Shown: positions 17,039 through 26,863, numbered from the stretch's first letter. The stretch is DNA of 27,689 bases from Planctomycetota bacterium (GCA_027001995.1 JALTLO010000011.1:391-28079), one strand, 5' to 3'. Notes: a model not told the origin generated them from the letters alone. Made by a program: numbers and translations.

Positions 17039-18868
17039 ATGAAGAACTTGTGTATGTGGCTAACTCTATGGCTATTGACCTCAATCGCCTATGGGCAAGG
17101 TCCTCCCATCCTCAACGTCCCCAGCATGTCCTACCCCACCATTCAGTCTGCCATCAATGCCGTCCCGATTGGAGGCACAGTTCTTGTAGCTCCTGGCACC
17201 TTCCAAGAGGCCCTGAATTTCCCAGGGAAGGATTTCTTGCTCCAAGGGGCCGGAGTGGGGCAAAGCATCATCGATGCTAACTTCATCGCTGCCTGCATGA
17301 CTTTCGCCTCCGCCCCTGTCACCAATGGCATGGTGGTCAGCGGTTTTTCCATGACCAATGGTATTGGCAACATTACCAATCTCATTGGGAGCTCCTTCCC
17401 GACCCGAGCTGGAGGAGGAATCTTCATCGAAGGAACTTTCGGCACCCCCACCCTCACTATCGCCCCATCTTTCTTAGACTGTGAAATCTACCAAAACACT
17501 TCCGGTGAAGCTGGAGGTGTCTTCCTCAACTATGGCGGCGGTGCTCGCTTCGAACGTTGCAATTTCCACGACAATACCGCCATCAACCTGACAGGCGTTT
17601 CGGCCACGGTTTATTCGTATTCCAGCTTTGCCAACCTCACGTTCTTGCGGTGCAAATTTCAAGACAACACCGCTAACGCTGGGTCTCTGGTCTACCTGAG
17701 GCGAAGTGCTGCGGTTTTTCAACGATGTGATTTTCTAAACAACATCGTCCCAGACGTGGGCGGCATATTCTTCGGTGATGCCAGCGGTGGAATTAACCCG
17801 GACACCCTCAAGGTCGTCCGTTGCTCATTTGTTGGTGCCCAAACGACATCCCCTGGCGCTTCGGCACTGTGGTCTCCTGGAACCAACTCAACGATCGTCA
17901 ACAACTGTCTTTTCGCCAACAACACGGGAGGCCGATTCGTTTTTGGCTTCGGAGGTGGCAGCCGTACCATTCGCAATTGCACCTTCGCCAACAATCAATT
18001 AGCAGTCAGTACAATCGCCGGGCCAGCCCTCGGTGTCGTGTTATTTGGCGGACAAGTCACCGACACCTTGCAAGTAGAAAACACCATCGTTATCGACAAC
18101 GTCTTAAGCGATGGTTCCGTAGCAGAAGGCCTCTACATACCCCCAGCTTCAACAATAGTCTCGACCAACTCCATCATCGAAAACCCGGTGAACTCGGGAT
18201 GGGTACCCCGCCCCATTTTCGTCGACCCCCTGGTGAATGACTTTCACTTGCTGCCGGAATCACCAGGCGTCAACAACGGAACAGTTGCCAATTTGTCTCC
18301 CCCTGCCCCCAACTACAGCAACACTTTCGACTTGGGCGGCCTTCCCAGGGTCGCATATGGTAAAGTCGATTTAGGATGCTACGAAGGTCACCACATCGCC
18401 TTTCATCCCGCGTCCAATAGCCGGGTAGGAGAAAACGCCGGTGGCCCCTACGACGTCTTGCACATCAACGGAACCAACGGTGGATCCTTCCGGACCCAAA
18501 CAGTTCCTTTAGGTTCATCATCCACCATCGGCATGCTGCAACCACCCAACATGAGCAACCCAGCGCGTTTTGTCATCTACGGCTACTTCGCCCGAGCCTC
18601 CAGGCAGACAGTCACGAACGTACCTTTAGGCATAGGCGAGATGATCATCACCCCTTGTCCTCTTGACCCGGCTTCTCCGAATCTCTTTACCATGACAAAC
18701 AACCTTGGGGTTTTCTGTCCTGAAGCGGTCGTTTCGACCCCCGCTCCATGGACATCTCCACCCTTCCCACCGATCTTCTCCCCCATGACTCTGACCTTTC
18801 AAGGTCTGATAGAAGAGAGCGCGGGTGTCTTCGCACGAACGAACATGATCATTTTCGAGGTGCAATAA
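17039..18868 (+). CDS. Secreted right-handed beta-helix (pectin-lyase-fold) protein with a choice-of-anchor-Q-like segment and a C-terminal domain
   Basis: GAGGGG RBS before ATG 17039; signal peptide; VP..YPTIQSAINA...VAPGTF.E cap; GGG/F.NN repeats; DFHLLPESPG...DLGGLPR...DLGCYE. Confidence 0.85.
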   Translation: MKNLCMWLTLWLLTSIAYGQGPPILNVPSMSYPTIQSAINAVPIGGTVLVAPGTFQEALNFPGKDFLLQGAGVGQSIIDANFIAACMTFASAPVTNGMVVSGFSMTNGIGNITNLIGSSFPTRAGGGIFIEGTFGTPTLTIAPSFLDCEIYQNTSGEAGGVFLNYGGGARFERCNFHDNTAINLTGVSATVYSYSSFANLTFLRCKFQDNTANAGSLVYLRRSAAVFQRCDFLNNIVPDVGGIFFGDASGGINPDTLKVVRCSFVGAQTTSPGASALWSPGTNSTIVNNCLFANNTGGRFVFGFGGGSRTIRNCTFANNQLAVSTIAGPALGVVLFGGQVTDTLQVENTIVIDNVLSDGSVAEGLYIPPASTIVSTNSIIENPVNSGWVPRPIFVDPLVNDFHLLPESPGVNNGTVANLSPPAPNYSNTFDLGGLPRVAYGKVDLGCYEGHHIAFHPASNSRVGENAGGPYDVLHINGTNGGSFRTQTVPLGSSSTIGMLQPPNMSNPARFVIYGYFARASRQTVTNVPLGIGEMIITPCPLDPASPNLFTMTNNLGVFCPEAVVSTPAPWTSPPFPPIFSPMTLTFQGLIEESAGVFARTNMIIFEVQ

Positions 18869-18869
18869 A

Positions 18870-20678
18870 ATGAATCTCAAGAACTCGACTCTCTTGCATG
18901 TTTGCGTATTTGTTCTCGGCCTGACAACTTTAACTTGGGCCCAAGCTACACTTGCGGTGCCAAGCGCCTCCTATCCAACAATTCAATCCGCCATCACGGC
19001 GGCATCAGCGGGAGACACAGTTCTGGTGGGCCCGGGCACCTTCGTTGAGAATTTGACCTTTCCTGCCAAAGATTTTCATCTACTGGGAGCAGGACAAGGG
19101 CAGACCATCGTTGATGGAAACTTCTCTGGGTCATGCCTCAACTTTAGCCAGCCAGTGAGCAATGCTATGGTGGTAGAAGGGATGACTCTGACCAATGGTA
19201 CCGGCGACATGATCGTTTATGACTCAACGACGATGATGACCGCAGGAGGTGGCATCTTGATTCACCAGATCTTTGGCGCCTTCGCTCCCTTGATCGAGCC
19301 CACCATCAAAGACTGCGAAATCACCAACAACGATGCGGAGTTGGGAGCGGGGATTTTCATGAGATTCGCAGGTCAAGTCAAGATTGAAGACTGCCACATT
19401 CACCAGAATCCAGCACCCCTAGGAACCGGCATCACTTCCGGGGCCATAGCCGCCCATTTTACCAACGAAATGTCAATGTCTGGTTGCTTGATGGAGAACA
19501 ACACAGCACTCACCGCATCTGGAGTCATCAACATTGACCAAAGCGGCCTGAGCTTAGATGACTGCGTCTTCTCAAACAACATCACCAACAGCGCTTCCGT
19601 CTTGGTGACCGAACCGTCGAATCTATTTCAAACGCAGTCGATCAAACGTTGTTCATTTATTGGCAACAAGACCCTCAACAATGCGGCCTCCGTACTTTGG
19701 CTTCAAGCCAACCAACGCATGGTCATCGAGAATTGCCTTTTTGCCAAGAACATGGGAGGCGTGGTGATCTTAGGATTCGGCTCTTCAGCGGACCAGACCG
19801 TCAGAAATTGCACCTTTGCCGATAACATGCTCGATGGTGCCACGGTGGGTGTCGTCTTCTTTCAGGGTGGCGCATTGAGGATCGAGAACTCTATTATCGT
19901 TGGCAATAGAGCCACCTCCGGTGCCGTTGTCAGAGGCCGAGCCTTGACTTCCACCGCCGGGTCTTACTCCGAAGTATTTTCGATTGTAGAGACTCCCGTC
20001 AACTCCGCCACTTTGTCCACGCCCACCTTCATAGATGCCCCCAACGGTGACTATCATCTGACCCCAGGCTCAACAGGTGTCAACGGGGGCACCGTCCAAT
20101 CTCTTTTTCCACCGATAGCAAACTTGTCCGCTGAGGTCGACCGAGACGGAGCCAAACGCCTCATTTTCACCAACATTGATTTGGGATGCTACGAAGGCCA
20201 AGAAATCGCCTACCACTCCTCGTCCACCAGTGCTGTCGGCCTCGGTGTTGGAGGGCCATTCGACATTCTGCGAATCAACGGATCAAAGGGCAATCTGTTT
20301 AGGACTGTCACCGTACCCTTGGGCAGTTCATCCACAATCGCCATGAATCAACCACCCAGTTCACTGGGCCCAAAAGGATTCGCAGTTTTCGGTCTCATCG
20401 GCGAAGCCCAGGAACAAACGATCACTTCAGTTCCGTTAGGAATCGGAGAGATGACTTTTGCACCTTGCCCTCTCAGCCCGACTTCCCCCAGTCTCTTCAC
20501 TTTGACCAACAACTTGACTACGGGCTGTCTTCCCCTCACCACGTCAACTCAAACACCCTGGACATCAGCACCGTTTCCTCCCATTTTCGTGCCTCTCACA
20601 CTCACCTTCCAAGGTGTTCTGGAGGAAACCATGGGGATATACAAGCGGACGAATATGGTGATCTTAAAAGTACAATGA
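18870..20678 (+). CDS. Secreted right-handed beta-helix protein, tandem paralog of the 17039-18868 gene
   Basis: Same architecture (YPTIQSAI, DYHLTPGS, DLGCYEG, GGPFDILRING, LTLTFQG...RTNMVILKVQ). Starts 1 nt after the previous stop. Confidence 0.85.
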   Translation: MNLKNSTLLHVCVFVLGLTTLTWAQATLAVPSASYPTIQSAITAASAGDTVLVGPGTFVENLTFPAKDFHLLGAGQGQTIVDGNFSGSCLNFSQPVSNAMVVEGMTLTNGTGDMIVYDSTTMMTAGGGILIHQIFGAFAPLIEPTIKDCEITNNDAELGAGIFMRFAGQVKIEDCHIHQNPAPLGTGITSGAIAAHFTNEMSMSGCLMENNTALTASGVINIDQSGLSLDDCVFSNNITNSASVLVTEPSNLFQTQSIKRCSFIGNKTLNNAASVLWLQANQRMVIENCLFAKNMGGVVILGFGSSADQTVRNCTFADNMLDGATVGVVFFQGGALRIENSIIVGNRATSGAVVRGRALTSTAGSYSEVFSIVETPVNSATLSTPTFIDAPNGDYHLTPGSTGVNGGTVQSLFPPIANLSAEVDRDGAKRLIFTNIDLGCYEGQEIAYHSSSTSAVGLGVGGPFDILRINGSKGNLFRTVTVPLGSSSTIAMNQPPSSLGPKGFAVFGLIGEAQEQTITSVPLGIGEMTFAPCPLSPTSPSLFTLTNNLTTGCLPLTTSTQTPWTSAPFPPIFVPLTLTFQGVLEETMGIYKRTNMVILKVQ

Positions 20679-20737
20679 GAGCCATCCCATCATTCTCATA
20701 GAGCAGAGTAGCAGCCTGGTGTAAAGCCATCAGCTGT

Positions 20738-21931
20738 CTACTTGGCCACGGCAAAAGTCTCTTTGTTGCTCTTCCACCATTGCCCCCAAGAGCGGGCAGT
20801 TGCTGGTCGGGATTGCCCTGTGAGTTTGGTCAAGGCAGTGCCGATGATACCCCGTTGTTGGTTGATCGAAACAACAGCGACGTCCAAGACCATGCCATCA
20901 ATCACAACGTCCACCACAGGGTCGGCGATGAAAGCAGTTTGGGCGACTTCTACGTCATAGTCTTTGACATAGGCGATCTGCGTCAGTTGAGAGAAATTGT
21001 TGCGAGCCGCCCGCACGTTGTCCGTAGCTTTCATGGCCCGAACCAAAGCGGGAACCGCTTTTTTGTCGCCTAAACGCCCCAAGGCCCAGGCCGCATTCAT
21101 GCGAATGACATCATTGTTGCCTCGTTTCAGCATAGTGCGCACCAAGGGACGATAGGTTCGGCCTCGGTCATGTTTCTTCAAAGACTCAAGAGCAACGACA
21201 CGAACTTGCCAACTGCTATCGCTCAAGACTGTCCGAAAAAGAGTCTTTACCCGCCGCACAGCCTCTGCACGTACAAGGGCCTGAACGCCAACCCACCTCT
21301 GAGCTTCGCTGCCCCGCTCGGCATTCTTGACGTCTTCATTGATCTGAGCCGCCATTGGCAGTGCTGCGAGTTGCTCCACAGCCATGGCTGCCTTGACCCA
21401 ATTGGCTTTCTTGAGAGCGCGGTAAGTGAGGTCTGCTTGAGTTCTCTTCCATCGCCCCTTGCCACGAGGATGGGGGTTTCTCTTGGTGATGCGATGGCGA
21501 GGAGCTTCCTTCCTGATCACACCCCAGACATAAGAATTGCCCGGATCTTTCTCCAAGATTTTCTCAAGATGCACAACAAGTTTCGAAGTGAGCCCCTTGG
21601 AGCGGCACCAGCGGGCGAGTTTTTGTTGGGCCTTCGGATCTTTCGCGGATACGCCATTGAGCTCGTTCTTGTAGCTTTCCAAGATGGGCTCCAGGGGGGC
21701 TTCCTGCAAGATGTTCTTTTCTTGAACGACGCGAATGCCCAAGGCTGTCTGGTAGACGAACTTGCCAGCTTTTTTCTTGATCAGCCGACCTTCAAAACGT
21801 TCCGCGGACTTCAAAGTCACAACGACGCCGGGGCCATCTGCCAAAGAACCTCCCGAAGCTTCATGGTCAGGGCTTGCACTGAAGAGACTAAGGCAAACCA
21901 AAATCAAGAGAATACGGTGAGACATGAACAT
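20738..21931 (-). CDS. Exported HEAT-repeat (PBS-lyase-like) protein
   Basis: Signal peptide; LARWC..KGL helical segment; HEAT repeats (DSSWQVRVVALESL, IRMNAAWALGRLGDKKAVPALV); C-terminal ALTKLTGQ...W..WW motif. ATG 21931 preferred. Confidence 0.75.
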   Translation of the reverse strand: MFMSHRILLILVCLSLFSASPDHEASGGSLADGPGVVVTLKSAERFEGRLIKKKAGKFVYQTALGIRVVQEKNILQEAPLEPILESYKNELNGVSAKDPKAQQKLARWCRSKGLTSKLVVHLEKILEKDPGNSYVWGVIRKEAPRHRITKRNPHPRGKGRWKRTQADLTYRALKKANWVKAAMAVEQLAALPMAAQINEDVKNAERGSEAQRWVGVQALVRAEAVRRVKTLFRTVLSDSSWQVRVVALESLKKHDRGRTYRPLVRTMLKRGNNDVIRMNAAWALGRLGDKKAVPALVRAMKATDNVRAARNNFSQLTQIAYVKDYDVEVAQTAFIADPVVDVVIDGMVLDVAVVSINQQRGIIGTALTKLTGQSRPATARSWGQWWKSNKETFAVAK

Positions 21932-22032
21932 GGTGAAATCCCCAAATGAAATTGGCTCCACCTCAAGGATGAATGGCAAAGGCCCTTACCTCAACAAATA
22001 TCTCACCCTCATTTTCTTTCGTGCGAATTCGC

Positions 22033-23283
22033 TCAAAGATCAGCGAGCCAAAGCTTTTCCAGCTCCTGCAAGTCTCGACCGTAGACCAGAGATAGGGCTC
22101 GGTTGATCTTCTCACCCTTCCCGAGGCGACGCAAAACATCGATTACACGAGACATACCAAAATGGCGCTCCAGATAGCCAATAAAGGAAAGGCTCTCTGC
22201 ATAGGCCAAGCGAACGGTCTTGGCATTCCGAATGGTGGCAAATGAAGCCGACAATCGCTGTAGGCTCTTCAGTGATTTCTTCTCCTGGGCTGCCCGCAAA
22301 AGGGGCGACGGAGCAAGAGGATCTAAGCCTTCCATTCTTTGGGCCAACCCCTCATTCATCCAAGCAGGAACTCGTTTGCAAATTTGGCTTACGACAAAAT
22401 GGGTGTACTCATGAATCAAAGTTTTGCGAATCGAGTTGCGAGAATTGGAGAAATTGCGAATCGGCACCCGGATTTTTCCGTCGTAGATCCCGGCTGCCCA
22501 ACCCTGGGCTCGGGTGGCACCGCGAAATTCTCGGTCCACATAGAGAATCGCTGTCAATGTTTCTTGAGGGTAAGTGCGAAAGTCAGCGCCGATCTTAGCG
22601 TAGGCGTCTTCCAACATTCTGAGGACCTCATTGGCGACGTCTCGGTTCTGGGCATCACCGTACTTGCAAGTGAAGTGAGTCGACCGCAAGATCTGCATTT
22701 TCTCTTCAATGGCCAACTCGCGTTTGGCCTTGGCAATCATGGAATCCAGGTGTTTCTTGCGCTTCTTGTCGTGCGAGATGGCCTTCTTCCAAGACTTGAT
22801 GGCATCCGCGATGCGCTCGCGCTTGTAGAGAATCATGCCAATGAACTCATGAGCCATGGCTAACTTAGGATCCAAGCGCAGAGCATCTTGAAGAAAGCTG
22901 GTGGCGGAAGTGAAGTGGCCACGGCGGTAAGCCAGGATCCCTTCATAGGCGGTGGTGTGAGGATTCTCTGGATCGAGCCTCTTCGCCTCCAAGATAGCCC
23001 GATCAGCGGTCGTGAGATCCTTCTTGGCCATGGAATTCGACGCTTTGCCCAAGAGCGCTACAACCAAGTTCTTCTTGAAGACCTCTTCCACCTTCTCTTT
23101 GGCGATTTTTCGTAGGCTGATCGCCGATCGCAGTTTGACGATGGCTTCTTCATGTTTTCCTTTTGACAACAAGGCCACGGCTTCGTTGTTAAGGACGATA
23201 CTAGGATCAAGTTCGGGGGCAGGCTTCGGCTCTTGCGCCAAGATAGACGTGCACAACAGCATGAAGACGCAGAAGAGACGCAT
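22033..23283 (-). CDS. TPR-repeat protein with peptidase MA-like (gluzincin) domain, exported
   Basis: Signal peptide MRLFCVFMLLCTSILA|Q; several TPRs; HEYTH...PAWMNEGLA zinc motif; AYAES motif. Confidence 0.85.
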   Translation of the reverse strand: MRLFCVFMLLCTSILAQEPKPAPELDPSIVLNNEAVALLSKGKHEEAIVKLRSAISLRKIAKEKVEEVFKKNLVVALLGKASNSMAKKDLTTADRAILEAKRLDPENPHTTAYEGILAYRRGHFTSATSFLQDALRLDPKLAMAHEFIGMILYKRERIADAIKSWKKAISHDKKRKKHLDSMIAKAKRELAIEEKMQILRSTHFTCKYGDAQNRDVANEVLRMLEDAYAKIGADFRTYPQETLTAILYVDREFRGATRAQGWAAGIYDGKIRVPIRNFSNSRNSIRKTLIHEYTHFVVSQICKRVPAWMNEGLAQRMEGLDPLAPSPLLRAAQEKKSLKSLQRLSASFATIRNAKTVRLAYAESLSFIGYLERHFGMSRVIDVLRRLGKGEKINRALSLVYGRDLQELEKLWLADL

Positions 23284-23332
23284 AGATTTACTCCCTGGCG
23301 AAAGCGAACGACGATCCAAAACGGCGAAAGGT

Positions 23333-24505
23333 CTATTTGCGACGGCGCTTGGGACTCAAACGATTCTTTGACCCTACCTTACGCTTCGACGAAACCGGAG
23401 CTGTGAATCCCTTCTTTTTTTCCTGATTATCAAAGGGAAGATCGAGGCTTAGGCCACCTCCTTTGCTCGATGCTGGGCCTTGTGTCAGGGTCTTGTTCCC
23501 TTCTATTTGCTCTTCGATGTCGCAGATCAATTCGTCCGGGGATTGGTAGCGAATCTCTTTATCTGTGGCCATCATCTTCTGCACAAAATAATGCATGTGA
23601 GGCGAAAGATGAGAGAGTGAGGAAGAACTGAGCGTCTCAAAGAAGCGCTTGCCCATGATTTCTTGCTCGTTGTCACCGGAGAAAGGCGTCTCCCCCACCA
23701 CCAGATGATACAGAGTCACACCTAAGGCATAGATGTCTGAACGAATATCCGCCTGATTCGCATCTAAGGCCTGCTCAGGGGCAATATACTCTACCGTACC
23801 AACGGTGACCCCTTCGTCATCCACATCTCCGTCGGCGGATGCCAATCCTAAATCGCAAAGTTTGATGGCGTTGTTTTCCGTGATCAAGATATTTCCGGGC
23901 TTAATATCTCGATGGACCACCCCTTGCTTGTACATATAGGTGAGAGCTCGGGCAATTTGCAAAATGACATAGAGGGCAGCGTCCTCTGCCATAGGCCCAT
24001 GCTCATCAATGAGCTCCAGGAGCTCACAGCCTGGGATCAAGTCCATAGCACAAGCATAAAGCCCGTCTGCCTGTGCCAGGGCATAACCCTTGACGATATT
24101 GTCATCTTCGAACGCGATCAAAAGCTCCGTTTCTTTCTTAAAGCGATTGAGAGCTTTCTCATTTCGAGCCAAATGGGGTTTGAGCACTTTCAAGGCAACA
24201 GTTCGATCTAAGTCGGCGGAGTGAGCTCGGTAGACTTGGCTCATACCCCCGGCCCCCAAGACCGCTTCGATGGTGTACCCAGGGATGAGGTTGGCCGGCG
24301 GTTTCGCGGGGTCGATCAAAAAGAGGGCTTCTCGTTTGGACAACCACCCCTTTTTCACGCAGATTTGCGGAATCGTGATTTCCTTGCCCTTCTCTAACAA
24401 CTGAGCCTGGGTCTTCAGAACCGATTGCATGAGGTCTTGGTCAATGTAGCCATCCATGACCAAGCGTGCTGCAAACTGAATGTCTTGTTCGTCGCGTGGT
24501 TTCAA
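23333..24505 (-). CDS. Cytoplasmic Hanks-type Ser/Thr protein kinase
   Basis: LGAGGMSQVY, VALKVL, HRDIKPGN, DLG, GTVEYIAPE, SDIYALG. No TM segment. TTG start with GGAG upstream. Confidence 0.93.
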   Translation of the reverse strand: MKPRDEQDIQFAARLVMDGYIDQDLMQSVLKTQAQLLEKGKEITIPQICVKKGWLSKREALFLIDPAKPPANLIPGYTIEAVLGAGGMSQVYRAHSADLDRTVALKVLKPHLARNEKALNRFKKETELLIAFEDDNIVKGYALAQADGLYACAMDLIPGCELLELIDEHGPMAEDAALYVILQIARALTYMYKQGVVHRDIKPGNILITENNAIKLCDLGLASADGDVDDEGVTVGTVEYIAPEQALDANQADIRSDIYALGVTLYHLVVGETPFSGDNEQEIMGKRFFETLSSSSLSHLSPHMHYFVQKMMATDKEIRYQSPDELICDIEEQIEGNKTLTQGPASSKGGGLSLDLPFDNQEKKKGFTAPVSSKRKVGSKNRLSPKRRRK

Positions 24506-24751
24506 AAAGTCTTCTCCGGCCCTTTCCAGGCATCTACAACAGGGGCGATCTTAGCAAAGCCCCCCCTTTGACTCGAATCGGTAAGAAAGTCCTCCGACTT
24601 GCATGATTATCGGTCCTTGGGGGCAAAAGTGGGAATTCTCATGAGGTGAGTACCCACTTCCTCAACCAAAAGTGCTTTTTCTCCAAGGTTTTGCGTCTGA
24701 TTAGCCGATCAAAATAGCGGGAAACATGAATGAATATGGGAGATTCCGCAG

Positions 24752-26104
24752 ATGATTCACAGCGACTTCAACCTCGTCTTGAAATACTGCGAAGTCCTCG
24801 ACGAGTTCATCAAGATCCGCGTCTACTCTGAAGAAGAGGCAAGTGATCTGATTAAGAAAGCGTCGTCCGGGGACAAAGCTGGTTTTCAGACAGAAGTGAT
24901 CCGCGTCTGCATCGCCGACTACAACGAGAACGTATTACCTCGCATCCGCGAGATTGATGAAGCCACGGGAATCGTTGACATCGAAGAGATGCTCTACCTG
25001 CTGTGCGTCGACGTGAATCCGGCTTTGGACATCCATCAAGTCAGTGTCCAGATGACCGCCGGAGAAGTTGAGTCAGAACAGGACCCCCGACTCGCTGCCC
25101 GTATGAAGCAGAAGAACAAGAAGAATCTGCGCCGAATCGCCAACATGGAGGACCAAATCTGTAGAGAAGTGATTGGCCAAGCTCATGCGGTAAAGACTGT
25201 CTGTCAATCCATCAAGAAGTCTGTTGTTGGCATGCGCGACATCGAGAAGCCCATTGGAGCTTACCTCTTCGCTGGTCAACCTGGTGTTGGCAAGACTGAA
25301 TTGGCCAAATCCATCGCCAACTATCTCTACGGCAGTCAAAGCCGTTTAATTCGGGTAGACTGCTCCGAATACGCACTCCCCCACGAGTACGCCAAACTCA
25401 TTGGCTCGCCTCCGGGGTACATTGGGCACAACGAAGGCGGCTATCTCACCGAAGCCGCAAAAGAGCTCAAAGACTTTGTCGTGCTCTTCGACGAAATCGA
25501 CAAAGCCCACTCCAAGATGCACAACATCTTGCTGCAGCTTCTCGACGAAGGCATGGTGACGGACAGCAAGGGTTTCAAGGTTTCTTTCCGCAACGCCTTG
25601 GTCCTCATGACCAGCAACTTGGGAGTCAAAGAAGTCGAAGAAGCCCGAAGCGCTCTAGGTTTCCATCAAGGAAACAGCGAAAAGATCCCTTACGAACTCA
25701 TGAGCACGGAAATCAATGACGCCCTCAAGAAGGCTTTCCGCCCGGAGTTCCTCAATCGCCTCGACGAAACCATCGTCTTCAACACCCTCACTTTGGATGA
25801 CAGCGTTCAAATTGTCGAGAAAATGATGGGTGAGCTCGAAATCATTGCGGAGCGCGCTGGACTTCGAGTCAAAGCAACGGAAAAGCTCAACCGGCACATT
25901 GCCGAGCACGGTTTCAAAGATGAGTGGGGGGCCCGGGAGATTCGCCGCACTATCAAGAAACTCATCGAGAACCCTCTCACCGAGCTCATTCTGAATGAGA
26001 CTGTGGAAGAAGGCGACATCATTTTGATGGATGTCAATGACGGCGTGGTTGACTTCAATAAGCTTGAGATCGAAGCAGAATCCGAGGTCGAGCAACCGGT
26101 ATAG
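24752..26104 (+). CDS. Clp/Hsp100 ATPase with only the second AAA+ module (ClpA/B/C D2-like) and an unrecognised ~130-aa N-terminal domain
   Basis: Walker A GQPGVGKTE, pore loop PPGYIG, Walker B LFDEIDKAH, MTSNLG, LGF loop, FRPEFLNRLD, GAREIRR. GGGAGA RBS; no D1 module upstream. Confidence 0.9.
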   Translation: MIHSDFNLVLKYCEVLDEFIKIRVYSEEEASDLIKKASSGDKAGFQTEVIRVCIADYNENVLPRIREIDEATGIVDIEEMLYLLCVDVNPALDIHQVSVQMTAGEVESEQDPRLAARMKQKNKKNLRRIANMEDQICREVIGQAHAVKTVCQSIKKSVVGMRDIEKPIGAYLFAGQPGVGKTELAKSIANYLYGSQSRLIRVDCSEYALPHEYAKLIGSPPGYIGHNEGGYLTEAAKELKDFVVLFDEIDKAHSKMHNILLQLLDEGMVTDSKGFKVSFRNALVLMTSNLGVKEVEEARSALGFHQGNSEKIPYELMSTEINDALKKAFRPEFLNRLDETIVFNTLTLDDSVQIVEKMMGELEIIAERAGLRVKATEKLNRHIAEHGFKDEWGAREIRRTIKKLIENPLTELILNETVEEGDIILMDVNDGVVDFNKLEIEAESEVEQPV

Positions 26105-26128
26105 TTCTTCTCCAATGAAGAAAGAAGA

Positions 26129-26157
26129 CAGGCCCGAAGGTAAATTCTTCGGGCCTG
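26129..26157. terminator. Intrinsic terminator between convergent genes, probably bidirectional
   Basis: 11-bp perfect stem CAGGCCCGAAG/CTTCGGGCCTG with a 7-nt loop. T-rich tail on + and A-rich flank on the left. Confidence 0.85.
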
Positions 26158-26191
26158 CTTTCGTTTCGTTAACTGCCTTGAAGGTTCCGGC

Positions 26192-26863
26192 TCACTTGCG
26201 CTGGGCAAGAATCCAGGTTTGGCTGCTGAAAAGGCGGTCGACAAATGCCCGTTTACATATCTGGAAACCACGGTCAGCGAGACGTTGCTCGAGATCACTC
26301 ATGTCCAAAAGGATTTCGCCTCGCTTGCGCAGGCCCATCTGAGTCCTTCGGTTGCGACACCAACCCTTGAAAGTAGATGTGCTGGCGCAGGTAAAAATCA
26401 GCCACTTGGCAGAAGAACCGCAGAGAAAGTCCAAGGAACTATTTTGCAGCTCAAGAGTTTTCATGTGGTGCAACATACGAATATTAAATACCAGCTCGAA
26501 ACCAGGAATTGCTTCATGGTTAGTGGCGTCGCACCTGCGGAAATTGATGTGGTCGCAACCCAGGCTTAACATTTTCTGGCGAGACTCCTCCAACATCTCG
26601 GAGGAGAAATCGGCATAGGTCACTTCTTTGCGACTCTCTGGGCAAAGCAATTCATGAAACCGCCCCGCTCCACAAGCTATGTTCAGCAGACTGCCCTGGG
26701 GGCTATCAATGTGCTTAAGGAAAGTATCGAGAATGCCATACTCACGCCTGCTTGTACGCCTGCGGGACCGAGAACGTTCGAACTTGCCAGCATACGCAGA
26801 AGCACCCCCTTCCGTTTGGTAGCGGTTGAGAGCGTAAGATCCTAAATGCTGCTTCGATTCCAT
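26192..26863 (-). CDS. Class I SAM-dependent methyltransferase
   Basis: LLNIACGAGRF (motif I), ADFSSEML, LVFNIRMLHHM. Start at ATG 26863 after GGAGGG; the longer ORF call overlaps asnS. Confidence 0.85.
   Translation of the reverse strand: MESKQHLGSYALNRYQTEGGASAYAGKFERSRSRRRTSRREYGILDTFLKHIDSPQGSLLNIACGAGRFHELLCPESRKEVTYADFSSEMLEESRQKMLSLGCDHINFRRCDATNHEAIPGFELVFNIRMLHHMKTLELQNSSLDFLCGSSAKWLIFTCASTSTFKGWCRNRRTQMGLRKRGEILLDMSDLEQRLADRGFQICKRAFVDRLFSSQTWILAQRK

Noticed and set aside
21170..21949. 259-aa + strand ORF and other long antisense ORFs over core genes
   Set aside because: Antisense shadows of well-supported genes, with no recognisable motifs.
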